Part shown: piece by piece, positions 51,742 through 61,898 of the stretch
Numbering within the stretch: the stretch's first letter is position 1
Layout: each line of letters starts with the position of its first letter
Origin: Candidatus Babeliales bacterium
Lineage (GTDB): Bacteria; Babelota; Babeliae; Babelales; JANWKD01
Direction: 5' to 3'
Length of the DNA: 64,000 bases
NCBI GenBank assembly: GCA_963722255.1
Contig: CAVRJO010000002.1
Coordinates: 512,001-576,000 of the forward strand
Made by a program: the position numbers and the translations under genes
The notes under the pieces: model-generated
Told to the model about the DNA's origin: nothing
What the model saw: only the letters and a program-made list of their open reading frames with translations
Database searches by the model: none

Positions 51742-53098
51742 ATGGATACAAAGCTTTTATTGGAACAAATTGAAAATAATGTTCCCATGTTTATTATGCA
51801 AGAGACACCGGAAGCACAGCTCTTGTGGAATAACTTCTTAGAAATCCATCCGGCAGATAGTGCACAATTCATTGCAGAACTTGATAAAGAAGACGCTAAA
51901 AAGATCTTTATTGCCTTACCAAAAAAAAACAAACTTGCTGTATTTGAAAACTTTTCAAATACTATGAGGGTCTTTGCACTTTCTATAGTAGATGACCGCG
52001 ATAAGGTTATGATCCTTAATAATACACCCATTGATGAACTCACAGACCTTTTTGATTCTTTGTCAAACCAAGAACTCAAAGAGTATCTTCTTTTTCTCAA
52101 TGCACACGACCGGGAAAAAGTATTATCACTTCTTGAATTTGATCCTAAATCAGTTGGCGGTATTATGGATACTGATGTTGTTACCTTACGACAAGATTTT
52201 ACTGTAGAAAAAAGCATTCACATTTTACAAAGATTAAAACCGCGTCTTGAGCTGCATCAACAAATGTATGTCGTTGATCACGAAAATAAACTCGTTGGCC
52301 ACATTGGTCTTGAAGATTTAGTATTACGAAGCCCAACCACCAGACTCAATACATTTTTACGCAAAAATGAACTTGTTGCACAGGTTAACGAAGACCAAGA
52401 ATCAATTGCAAAAAAGATGATCCATTATAATTTAATGACCGTTCCCGTAGTTGGTTTCAATTACTACTTTTTGGGTGTCATTCCTACTGAAACACTTGTT
52501 GAGATTATTGAACAAGAAGCAAGCGAAGACGTGTATCGTATTTCTGCGATGACGCCTATAACAAAAACCTATTTTGAAACCTCATTTTTTAGAATCTTTT
52601 ATGAGCGAAGCTATATACTCATCATTCTTATTACTTGCTCAATCGCTTTCTACTATGATCATAAAAAGCTATGAAGCGACTCTTGAAGGCTTTTTCATAT
52701 TTTTTATTACCATGCTCACGAGTACAGGCGGCAATACAAGCAGCCAAACTTCAGCTTTAGTCATTCAAGGTATGGCATCAGGCGAAATCACTGAATCAAA
52801 TACTTCAAGATTCTTATTGCGCGAGCTTCGAATGGCTGCCATGCTAGCATTAATATTGGGGATTTTTTCTTTTTTACGCGTCTATCTTACCTATGGGCAA
52901 TTATTAAAAAGTTTTGCCGTGAGCGCTTCGCTTTTCGTTATTGTTCTTGTTTCAGTTATTTTAGGCAGCGGTATTCCTATCGGTTTAAAACGGCTCAATA
53001 TTGACCCTGCATTTGCTGCCGGTCCTTTTTTGGCAACCATTATGGATATTGCAGGATTGCTTATTTATTGCTACATTTGTAAACTTTTATTGTCATAA
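51742..53098 (+). pseudogene. mgtE: magnesium transporter MgtE split by one extra base near 52630 (possible sequencing error)
   Basis: HPAD, VGGIM, CBS pair; second frame has TGGNTSSQT, IDPAFAAGPFLATIMDIAG. Confidence 0.9.
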
Positions 53099-53133
53099 AA
53101 ATCATCAACCTCATAGTAACGTTACAAAAAATA

Positions 53134-53991
53134 ATGGCTCTGAAAAAAATTTCATTTTTGTGTCATATGCTGCTCTTTGCAACACTATGCTTAGGCATGG
53201 AATTTGAAAATCAACCAGATCACCTTACCTCTCTACCCGATGAACTAGTGCTCACCATATTTTCATGCATAATTCCTGTTTGCCAAAATCCAACTGAAGC
53301 GCTTCAAACTATTAAAAATTCGCAACTTACTTGCAAGCGATGGTTTAGACTTATCAATGATAAACATCTCACAAAAAAATTTGTGCTAAATACTCGAAAA
53401 TTCATTATTGCCCGAGTAAACTGCTATCCCATACTGTATGCAACACAGAAGAGTAGAAAAATATTTAACCAATTTCTTCAAAACATAAAAACAATAACTC
53501 AGCATGCCCTAGTAAAAACCCCCGACTTCAAACAAAAATACGGCTATTTAACTATAGATCATAAGAATGCTGTTAATCCATTAGGGGAAAGTTTTAACCT
53601 TCTTTGTAGGGTTATTCAAGAAGAAGATTTAAGTGAAGTTTCTAAAAAAACTGCTCAAGATTTTGGAGCATTAAAACAGCTTAAAAAACCCAAAATAGCA
53701 TATAACCCTTATCCGAGAGAATACAACCCCTATAAAGCTACAGCTCACCTTATTTATCTTGAGCAACACACAGAACAGATTATTGAAACTATTTTTAAAA
53801 ATCCAGCTAATGCTATTGAAATTGCTGTTTTATTACAAGCATTAGTTATGCCATTTAATAAGCAATTTACACAGCATTTTTTTTGGCATACTATTCATAT
53901 AATTATCAAAAAAAAATTTAAAGATGACCCTGAACTTAAAAAGAAATTCATTGCTCAAAGCCTCTCCATGTTCAATTTTGCTTTATCTTGA
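53134..53991 (+). CDS. secreted F-box-like protein
   Basis: Signal peptide; LTSLPDELVLTIFSCI...LTCKRWFRLIND. Confidence 0.75.
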   Translation: MALKKISFLCHMLLFATLCLGMEFENQPDHLTSLPDELVLTIFSCIIPVCQNPTEALQTIKNSQLTCKRWFRLINDKHLTKKFVLNTRKFIIARVNCYPILYATQKSRKIFNQFLQNIKTITQHALVKTPDFKQKYGYLTIDHKNAVNPLGESFNLLCRVIQEEDLSEVSKKTAQDFGALKQLKKPKIAYNPYPREYNPYKATAHLIYLEQHTEQIIETIFKNPANAIEIAVLLQALVMPFNKQFTQHFFWHTIHIIIKKKFKDDPELKKKFIAQSLSMFNFALS

Positions 53992-54008
53992 ATTTTTTTA
54001 AACAACTA

Positions 54009-54083
54009 CCATTTTTGGCAACCATCATGGATATTGCAGGATTGCTTATTTATTGCTATATTTGTAAGCTTTTATTGTCGTAG
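54009..54083 (+). repeat. 75-bp direct repeat of the mgtE 3' end (53024-53098)
   Basis: Encodes the same PFLATIMDIAGLLIYCYICKLLLS*; six mismatches, all synonymous. Confidence 0.92.
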
Positions 54084-54114
54084 CATTATTTTTACACTTT
54101 TGAAAGTAACATCC

Positions 54115-54915
54115 ATGAAAAGCGCTTTACTACTACGTTCTTTATTTTTCTCTTTCATGCTTATGATTTCTTTGAGCACAACTCACGCAATGGAAGAAAC
54201 AGAAATTTGTCCGTTTGATCTTTTACCTGATGAAATAACACTCAACATATTTTCTTATTTAGTTCCTGCTTGTGAAGATCAAAATCAAGCTTTACAAACT
54301 TTTAAAAATCTACAACTTGTTAGCAAATACTGGTTTACTCTCATTAATGATAAACCATTTACGCAAGGAATAATTGAAGAAATGTTTAAAAAGTTCATTA
54401 TTTCAGAATTAAATTTCTATGCATTGTTACAAGTGACTCAACAAAGCAGAACACTATATAAACAATCGCTTCACGCTTTAAAAACTGTCGCTCAATATGC
54501 AGTATTGCACCATAATGATCTACACAAAGAAACAGAATCGGGAGAATTTCCTTGGATGAACCTTACAATAGGATGCTATAGCAATGCGATGCGAAAAAGC
54601 TATAAACACCTCCTTTCAGAATGCGCTCAAGAAGGAACTGATTTCACAAAACTTTCTGAAGCTATTGCCCACGAATATGATACAATCAAAACAGCAATAG
54701 AACCACAAGAAGTAATAAACCATTATCCTCCAGGCTGGGACCCTTATCGTATTACAGCAGAGTTATTCTATTGCGTTGAACATACCGAACAATTACTTTC
54801 CGGGATTTTGACTTCACAGCCTTATTTAACTGAAAAAATTGTTCAATACAAGGCAATGATTGCTCCCTTTGATTTCAATTTAATCATCCGCATATATGGC
54901 AACCTACGTATTTAA
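54115..54915 (+). CDS. secreted F-box-like protein, paralogue of 53134-53991
   Basis: FDLLPDEITLNIFSYL...LVSKYWFTLIND; shared YP...PY..TA.L...EHTEQ. Confidence 0.75.
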   Translation: MKSALLLRSLFFSFMLMISLSTTHAMEETEICPFDLLPDEITLNIFSYLVPACEDQNQALQTFKNLQLVSKYWFTLINDKPFTQGIIEEMFKKFIISELNFYALLQVTQQSRTLYKQSLHALKTVAQYAVLHHNDLHKETESGEFPWMNLTIGCYSNAMRKSYKHLLSECAQEGTDFTKLSEAIAHEYDTIKTAIEPQEVINHYPPGWDPYRITAELFYCVEHTEQLLSGILTSQPYLTEKIVQYKAMIAPFDFNLIIRIYGNLRI

Positions 54916-55060
54916 GAATTTGCAGAAATTTAAAAGAATTGAGCGTATTTATTGAACAAAGTAAATTATTGTATAATTTTATCTGAGATATTGAAATTTT
55001 TTTGGGCCTCAAAGTAGTCTAATTTTAAAAATTTTTGTCTTTTGTTTGTAAAGGAATTAC

Positions 55061-55789
55061 ATGATAATTCAACCTAATATGCGACTCTTACTTCTTTGTT
55101 TATGCTTTATTACATCAGCTTTTACACGTGATAACGCTTCCATGCTACGCAATACCATTCAAGTTACTGCTGAGGGGAAATATGAAGCAGAACCAGACAC
55201 CGCGCTGCTTGAATTTACCATTTCAGTACAAGAACAAACATATAAAGAAGCTCATGAGCGAGCATACCGATCTACCCAACAAATAGCTGAATTACTAAAA
55301 AAATACAATCTTGATCCCAAACAAGCAGAATTTTCCCTTTTTCAAACGCAGCCTGTTTATGATTACAATAATCCTAAAAGACCCTTGGTTGGCTATCGCG
55401 TACATTCTTCAGTATCAATAAAATTTACCGATTTTTCTAAACTTTCATTTATTCTACCAGATCTCATGAAAACAAATATTGCCGACAATCAATCATTACT
55501 CTATATACTCGAAAATACTGATGCGGCAAAGAAAAAGGCCATTGAAGACGGATACAAACGAGCTCGATTTCTTGCTCATGCTTTAGCACAATCAGAGCAT
55601 AAAACTATTGATGAAATGATCTATGCTTCCATTGACACCTTTGAAAACAGACCCCAATTTAGAAGCATTATGACTAAAGAAAAATCTGCAACAGCAATGG
55701 AATCGCCAAACGAAATTTTCGGTGCTCAAAAAATCACCATTACTGCACAAATAAATGCCATTTTTGAAATGCGCGCTGAAACCGAATAA
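55061..55789 (+). CDS. SIMPL (DUF541) domain protein
   Basis: IQVTAEG...EPDTA, QPVYDY, GYRV, KKAIEDG..RA..LA. Confidence 0.85.
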   Translation: MIIQPNMRLLLLCLCFITSAFTRDNASMLRNTIQVTAEGKYEAEPDTALLEFTISVQEQTYKEAHERAYRSTQQIAELLKKYNLDPKQAEFSLFQTQPVYDYNNPKRPLVGYRVHSSVSIKFTDFSKLSFILPDLMKTNIADNQSLLYILENTDAAKKKAIEDGYKRARFLAHALAQSEHKTIDEMIYASIDTFENRPQFRSIMTKEKSATAMESPNEIFGAQKITITAQINAIFEMRAETE

Positions 55790-55872
55790 TAATAGAATTG
55801 AGCAAGAAACTAATTAATTACATGACCATTATACAATTTTTATAAAAATATCGGTCAACTAAAACCTTTTTC

Positions 55873-55901
55873 TTGACAAAGAAAAGATGAATTATTAAGA
55901 T
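55873..55901 (+). promoter_or_regulatory. sigma70 promoter of the tRNA pair
   Basis: TTGACA-17 bp-TAAGAT about 40 bp upstream of tRNA-Lys. Confidence 0.7.
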
Positions 55902-55941
55902 AGAACATGTTATTCGGAAATTTTATTTCCTATGAAATAAC

Positions 55942-56017
55942 GAGCCGCTAGCTCAGTTGGTAGAGCAACAGCCTTTTAAGCTGTGGGTCGTTGGTTCGAG
56001 TCCAACGCGGCTCACCA
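55942..56017 (+). tRNA. tRNA-Lys(TTT)
   Basis: Cloverleaf; anticodon arm ACAGC-CTTTTAA-GCTGT; GTTCGAG; CCA end. Confidence 0.95.
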
Positions 56018-56088
56018 GTCTTCGCTTATCCACGCCTTCCGGCTTGGCAAGCTTCGACTGGCTCCGCCATACAATGAAATTTCTATAC

Positions 56089-56166
56089 GTCCCTATCGTC
56101 TAGCCTGGTCTAGGACATCGCCCTTTCACGGCGAAAACAGGGGTTCGAATCCCCTTAGGGACGCCA
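56089..56166 (+). tRNA. tRNA-Glu(TTC)
   Basis: Anticodon arm TCGCC-CTTTCAC-GGCGA; GGTTCGAATCC; CCA end. Confidence 0.95.
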
Positions 56167-57627
56167 TACTTGATCATCCGAACATTTCTAGCATCAAATC
56201 AAATGGCTTTTGCACGTCGTAGACGATGTTTTCGTCTTCTACCTTAAGTTCGATAGTACAAGCTTAATTAATTGCCGTTTTTCCTCAACTTCAGAACTCA
56301 TAAATAAATCATAAGCACGAGTTAGCGAGATCCAGAGTATTTTGCGGTAATATAGTAGTTATCTTCTGCTTCTTGTAATTGCTCAAGACGGATGCTAATA
56401 TCAGTCACTTGGTCTCTGAAGTGTTTGGTAAAATCTGTCATACTCGCTCTCAGTAATTCTCCCCTTGAGTTTATCAAGGTATAAATTATCCATCATTTTG
56501 GTGACTTTTTTTTGCTCTTGAGTGAGCTCATCAAATTGCTTGATTATGGAATTCGATTTTGTTTTGATGCACCTCATCTAAGCGTTTCAATAATTTGCTG
56601 CAACAATCTCTTCAGGCATTTGTAAGCTTTTAAAGACATTTGCCTAGTTGTTCGGTGATTTCTTCTTCCCGCAACCATTTGGCGCCATGCTTGCCATTAT
56701 ATTGGGTGCAATGGTAGTAGACATGCCCTTTATGCTTTTCAGGCGTTATGGCGAATCCACAATCGGCACAGCGCAATAAGCCCACGATAAATGATATGGT
56801 ATGCCCTGCATATTTGACTTGTTTTCTTATTAAAACTATTTTTCACTGTCTGTACTTGATCAAAAAGTGCTTTGAGTAATAATAGGTGGATACCGATGAG
56901 GATACATGTTGTCCTTTGACTACCATGACCCCATAATAAAAATGGTTGTTAAGAACTTTATCAATATAGCTTTTACCCCAATCAATGCCATAATCATTCT
57001 TTTATCTTTTTGCACAACAAGCTCCATTGAATAAGCTCCTGTTGCATACAATTCAAATGCTTTCTGCACAATATGGGCTTGCATATTCATCAACAATAAT
57101 ATCTTTGTTTATCATCTGCATTTATGATATTCTTATAACCATAGGGAGCTTTTGCAGGCCATTCACCTTTGCGTAGCTTTTGTTCTATTGCTCGTTTAAC
57201 ATTATCGCTCATGGCATCAGAATAATATTTGGCAAGCCCAAGGCTAATGCCAAATTGAAACTTTTCAACAGCAGAAATATGGCTGGTGATAATTTGCCCA
57301 TCAGAAACAAAGTGAAGTTCAATTTCATCATTCAATGCTTTTTCATAAAGAAGTGAAAACGTTTATCAAAAATATTACGTGAAAGGCGATCAACTTTATC
57401 ACAACAAACGGCGATTTTTTCTTTTTGCTCAAGAATAAAATCTATAATGCGATCAAATTCTTCACGTTGGTCTTGTATAAGCACTTTCATCAAAACTAAA
57501 GCTTTTGATAATTTGCAAAGTTTTTATTTTGGCAATATTTTTCAAGCCGTGCTACTTGCGCAGGTAATGAATTACCTGCTTCTTTTTGTTCTTCTGTGCT
57601 TACGCGGGCGATAAGAATTGCTTTCAT
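56155..57627 (-). pseudogene. large serine recombinase with many frameshifts, reading into the tRNA-Glu 3' end
   Basis: MKAILIARVSTEEQ, SLPAQ, DKVDRLSRN, KAPYGY, GLLRCADCG, YYHCTQY, KPFD; terminal WRP* is antisense to the tRNA 3' end. Confidence 0.85.
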
Positions 57628-57810
57628 GAGGCCTGTCTTTATAAGAATGATATATTTTTAATGGTAGCAGTGTATCATACACAAAATAATTCTGAAGTTG
57701 CCATACACTGGGGGGTGATAGGTGAACCGAATCGAAATATAAAAATTGTTTTAAATATTTTGTTTTTTCAAAAAATAATTATAATGAGTAATATATTTTA
57801 CAATTAAATT

Positions 57811-58023
57811 ATGAAAAGGAGCTTTTTAATGAAAGTAACTCATCAACGATATAAAGAAATATGTAATCAAATTACTGAGCTTAAGTCAAAAATAGATATT
57901 TTGATTGCAAATGTTCCCCTTGGGCCAAACAATCCCGGTCAAGGATACTCCTTTGAAGATTTAAAAGAAGCTACTGACACCGCAGAGGAAATTGATCGTC
58001 TTGAACAGGAGCTTATTAACTAA
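57811..58023 (+). CDS. small hypothetical helical protein
   Basis: 70-aa ORF followed by a hairpin-like AGGGTATAAAA...TTTTACACCCT. Confidence 0.5.
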   Translation: MKRSFLMKVTHQRYKEICNQITELKSKIDILIANVPLGPNNPGQGYSFEDLKEATDTAEEIDRLEQELIN

Positions 58024-58221
58024 GGTTATAAAAAAGGCAGGGTATAAAAAGACATCCCTTTTTACACCCTATATTTAAGATTTACCTAATATCTCGATGG
58101 CTTGAATTTAATCATTTCTTTTCTAAGCGTTGTGACGCGACCTTAATTGAGCCATTCCGAACTTGCAAATTAAGACAATACTATCATTACAAAAAGAATA
58201 AATATCTGAAAATTCATAACA

Positions 58222-58851
58222 CTATTCATATGCTTTAAAATTTGGATTTAACCAAGCCATTGGAATATCAGCCTCTAACGTACCATCTATCCCTTTAATT
58301 CTTCCTTCGAAACGACCCTCTCTTTTAAATCCTAACTTTTCATAAAGATTAATTGCAGGATTCGATTCTCTAGCTATAATCTCAACTCTCAAAATTTCAG
58401 GTTGATTTTCTTCAATTTCTTTTAAAAAAAGCGAAATTAAATTTGAACCTATACCCTTTCTTTGAAAATCAGGATCAACTAGAATAGTTCCTTCTGATAA
58501 AAGATGGGAAAAAACTTGCGGTTCCAATCTATATATGATTATTGATCCAATTAATTTTTTTTGATGTTCCGCAACCAATGCTAAGCCATTATTAATTCCA
58601 TTAAATAAAATCTTTTTAATATAATTATCAGTTATTTCATCAAATGTTCTTGCTAATCCTCCAGGTATGGCAGCAACTCGTTGATAAAGCAATTTTAAAT
58701 TTTCCTTATCTTCTACTTTTAATTTTCTAATAACGTAATCATTGAAATTATGATCATTAAAATTTGTATGAAAAAACTTATTATCATAAGCATTTACTAA
58801 ATAAACTTTAATTAATAACAAGAATAAGAATGATATATTTTTTATTGTCAT
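58222..58851 (-). CDS. GNAT family N-acetyltransferase
   Basis: VDPDFQRKGIGS, N.AINLYEKLGFKREG. Confidence 0.9.
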   Translation of the reverse strand: MTIKNISFLFLLLIKVYLVNAYDNKFFHTNFNDHNFNDYVIRKLKVEDKENLKLLYQRVAAIPGGLARTFDEITDNYIKKILFNGINNGLALVAEHQKKLIGSIIIYRLEPQVFSHLLSEGTILVDPDFQRKGIGSNLISLFLKEIEENQPEILRVEIIARESNPAINLYEKLGFKREGRFEGRIKGIDGTLEADIPMAWLNPNFKAYE

Positions 58852-58855
58852 TTTA

Positions 58856-59464
58856 TCATCTCCATAGTTTATTAAGTGCATAAATACCAAAAGCAAATAT
58901 TGCTATCCCAGCAATACGATTAATGTACCTTAAGATTTCAACTGATATTTTTTTCCTAAATAATCCAACAGAAAAACAGAGTATAAACCACCATAATGCT
59001 GATCCTAAAAACACTCCTGCCACAAAACTTAACGATTCTACATATCCAGAAACGTCTATATTCAGACCAGTAAAAAGAGCCATAAAATCCAATATTGTTG
59101 CTGGATTAGTTAAAGTAAGAAAGAAGGTTATTACATAAGCTTTTAATAAGCCAGCATTAAGAGGTTTTGATTGATCAATAACTGCTGGCATTGAAAAAAA
59201 TTTCTTTATACCAAGATAACAAAGAAATAACCCGCCAATAATAGTTAATGGAATCTTAAAAGCAAGCAAAAAAGTTTGACTAGCTTTAAATCCAAGGGCA
59301 ACTAGAATACCATACATCATATCAGCCGTAGCTGCACCCAATCCAGAAACTACCCCTAAACGAATACCACCGCTTAAAGTTTGTTGTATACATAAAAATC
59401 CAATAGCACCAACTGGAGCCGCTATAGAAAAACCTACACCCAGACCTTTTAGAATCATATACAT
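58856..59464 (-). CDS. LysE family exporter
   Basis: GFSIAAPVGAIG, GLGAATAD, LTLTNPATI. Confidence 0.9.
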   Translation of the reverse strand: MYMILKGLGVGFSIAAPVGAIGFLCIQQTLSGGIRLGVVSGLGAATADMMYGILVALGFKASQTFLLAFKIPLTIIGGLFLCYLGIKKFFSMPAVIDQSKPLNAGLLKAYVITFFLTLTNPATILDFMALFTGLNIDVSGYVESLSFVAGVFLGSALWWFILCFSVGLFRKKISVEILRYINRIAGIAIFAFGIYALNKLWR

Positions 59465-59572
59465 TATTTTATTCCCAGTTTAGCCGTTTTTAAATTGACA
59501 TAATTGCCAAAATTCAGTATTATTTATTTTAAAATAGGTATTTTATAGAATATTTTACGGGAAAACACAAAA

Positions 59573-60040
59573 ATGTCAACAGAAAATATCGCGCTTGATG
59601 GCATAGACCAGAAGATAATCAGTCTTTTGCAGGAAAATGCTTCATTAACAAATAATGAAATTGCAAAAAAAATAGATTTATCTCCTTCTGCAACTCATGA
59701 AAGAATCAGAAAATTACATATAAATGGTATCATTAAAAAAATTTCAGCATTTATTAAAGCTTCAGCTGTTGAAAAGTCATTATGTGCTTTTATCTATGTT
59801 TTAATTGACACTCCCGCACACAGCAAAAAGTTTTTAGAAGAAATAGCTCGCTATAAGGAAGTCATGGAATGTCATCACATCACAGGGGAATATTCTTATT
59901 TATTAAAAGTCAGAGTAAAAAATACTCAACAACTTGAGTCGTTCATAACTGAATCGTTAAAATCAAAATTAGGTGTAATTCGTTCATTAACTCAAATAGT
60001 TCTATCTTCTCCAAAAGACGGAGATACCGTAATCGATTAA
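59573..60040 (+). CDS. Lrp/AsnC family regulator, divergent from LysE
   Basis: LDGIDQKIISLLQENA, LSPSATHERIRKL, ECHHITGEYSYLLKV. Confidence 0.93.
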   Translation: MSTENIALDGIDQKIISLLQENASLTNNEIAKKIDLSPSATHERIRKLHINGIIKKISAFIKASAVEKSLCAFIYVLIDTPAHSKKFLEEIARYKEVMECHHITGEYSYLLKVRVKNTQQLESFITESLKSKLGVIRSLTQIVLSSPKDGDTVID

Positions 60041-60042
60041 TT

Positions 60043-61155
60043 TTAATAATTCAATCTTAACATCTTAAACTTTGCTAATTCTTCTCTGATAACTTGTAAC
60101 GGCTGTTGCACACTAGGCAACTTAATTTTATTTGCATCGCTCATAAGCCTATACCAAGTGCGTTGATTATCCTTTGCAAACATCATTCTTAACTCTCTCG
60201 GGCTCATACTATTAAGTGCTTGCTTCAACCCAAATAGCTGTAAAATTTTAGCTGGGCTCAGTTCAGGATTATTAAAGATCAAATCGGCAAGGAGAGCTTT
60301 ATCATTAACTGGTTTATAATCAAGTAAGGGAGGCCTCTTTGATTCAATCTCATCTAAATAATGCAGCAGAATCTTTTTTGCGACTGCAGGTTTAAATAAT
60401 TTCTTAAAGGTAAGATCTGTTTTAATGCCCAGTTTCATAAACAGCTGTTTAATTTTCTGACGTTTATTCAAACGAACTTCCATACGCAAAATTTCGAACT
60501 TTTTTCTTTGCCTAATAAGAGGAAGTAAAGAATAATGCAAGGCACTATCTTTATCTATCGTTCTTTTGCTGCTCTTCTTTGCTTTTTCCATATCGTAAAT
60601 CTTATCATAGAAAACAACTTCGTATGAATTGCAATGCCATTTATAACTATGGCCATCATTACGATAATCAGTTTGATTAGTATCAAGAGAAATCTTTACA
60701 TTCGCTTCTTTAATTTTATTAATGAAATGATAGGGTGTAGAGCCATCTGTTAAAGGGATATTCTTTGCATAATGAATGCTAGAAATAGGTGCCTGCGCAA
60801 GAGCATCTGCCGTTGTTTCAAGGCCCATTTCCCGCAACACAATAACTAGTTTTTTAACAATTGCAAGAAAATCTTTATAACTAAGCTCATCAACATTATT
60901 GCCAAATAAAAGCTTTGGCAATGAGAGTTCAACTTTCAACATTAGATCAAAAAGACCTTGGGTATTAATACGCTTTTGCAAAGTTAAATGCGGCTTATAT
61001 TCCCCTTTCAGGAGTTCTTTCCGTTTTGGGTTCTGCTTTGCTTGGATTGTAGTGGAATGTGACGATAACAATACGAGTGCTGATGGTTGAAATTTGTCAG
61101 GCTGAATGATCTGGTACATGCTTTTGCTTAAGGTGAAAACTACGGTGTCGATCAT
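60043..61155 (-). CDS. phage/plasmid replication protein (gpII/X, Rep_trans-like)
   Basis: MIDTV N-terminus, ELSLPKLLFGNN, VFYDK, ILRMEVRL. Confidence 0.65.
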   Translation of the reverse strand: MIDTVVFTLSKSMYQIIQPDKFQPSALVLLSSHSTTIQAKQNPKRKELLKGEYKPHLTLQKRINTQGLFDLMLKVELSLPKLLFGNNVDELSYKDFLAIVKKLVIVLREMGLETTADALAQAPISSIHYAKNIPLTDGSTPYHFINKIKEANVKISLDTNQTDYRNDGHSYKWHCNSYEVVFYDKIYDMEKAKKSSKRTIDKDSALHYSLLPLIRQRKKFEILRMEVRLNKRQKIKQLFMKLGIKTDLTFKKLFKPAVAKKILLHYLDEIESKRPPLLDYKPVNDKALLADLIFNNPELSPAKILQLFGLKQALNSMSPRELRMMFAKDNQRTWYRLMSDANKIKLPSVQQPLQVIREELAKFKMLRLNY

Positions 61156-61178
61156 GCCCTGAGTTCTTATGAAATGAG

Positions 61179-61430
61179 TTAACATTGGATGTAAATAAGA
61201 TGATTCAAGGGTAAAGTAATCGCTGTTAAAAAACAAGGGCCGCAATTGCGAGCCCTTCTTTGATTATCTTTGGATTTTGATTTTCGTTTTTTCTTTTCTT
61301 TAGGTTTCTTTGCATTTACTTTTTTATCAATTGCAATGAGCACTAGGAAAAAATCTGTAAGCCGCTTTTTTTCTTCAAAAGACAACATCACATCTATTTT
61401 CAGGGGGTCTTTCTCCATACAAATCTCCAT
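61179..61430 (-). CDS. small basic hypothetical protein
   Basis: Lys-rich ORF directly upstream of the Rep-like gene. Confidence 0.5.
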   Translation of the reverse strand: MEICMEKDPLKIDVMLSFEEKKRLTDFFLVLIAIDKKVNAKKPKEKKKRKSKSKDNQRRARNCGPCFLTAITLPLNHLIYIQC

Positions 61431-61898
61431 AAGATACTTTTGAAAATATCTTAATTTCTTTCTTAGTTTTTATGGTTATTCAAAACCATTATTGAATTAG
61501 GAACAAATATAATTGGAATTAAGCTGAGTGACAGCTCTTTCTTGCCCATCAAGCCCTTTATATATTTCTGAAGTACTAAGGCTGCAGGATGCAAGCCAAT
61601 TTTGTGCGATAAGATGCAGAATCTGAGTTCTGTTGAGCAAGGACATGATCGTTCCTTTGATGAAGAGAGTGCTTCGATTACTTCAAGTGGAAAGTATATT
61701 CGATTTGAAAATAAAAGCAAGTAAACTTAAATTTACAAAATAATAATTCGAGATTGACATCAATTAAATTAAAAATAAAATTATATTTACCTTAACTTTG
61801 ATCCGTTATAGGTAATTCTCTTTAATCCGAGACCTGAACCCTTTTGACCGGGGGATAAAGTTTAATATTTTTTTAAAATTTTAATTTTAGAAGGTAAA

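Noticed and set aside
51666..52217. 183-aa minus-strand ORF and other short antisense or nested ORFs in the track
   Set aside because: Shadow frames of well-supported genes (here mgtE) with no recognisable motifs.
55983..56222. 79-aa ORF in the track
   Set aside because: Overlaps two tRNA genes; spurious.
61463..61720. 85-aa minus-strand ORF or possible replication origin near the Rep-like gene
   Set aside because: No convincing start, motif, iterons or nick-site hairpin identified by eye.
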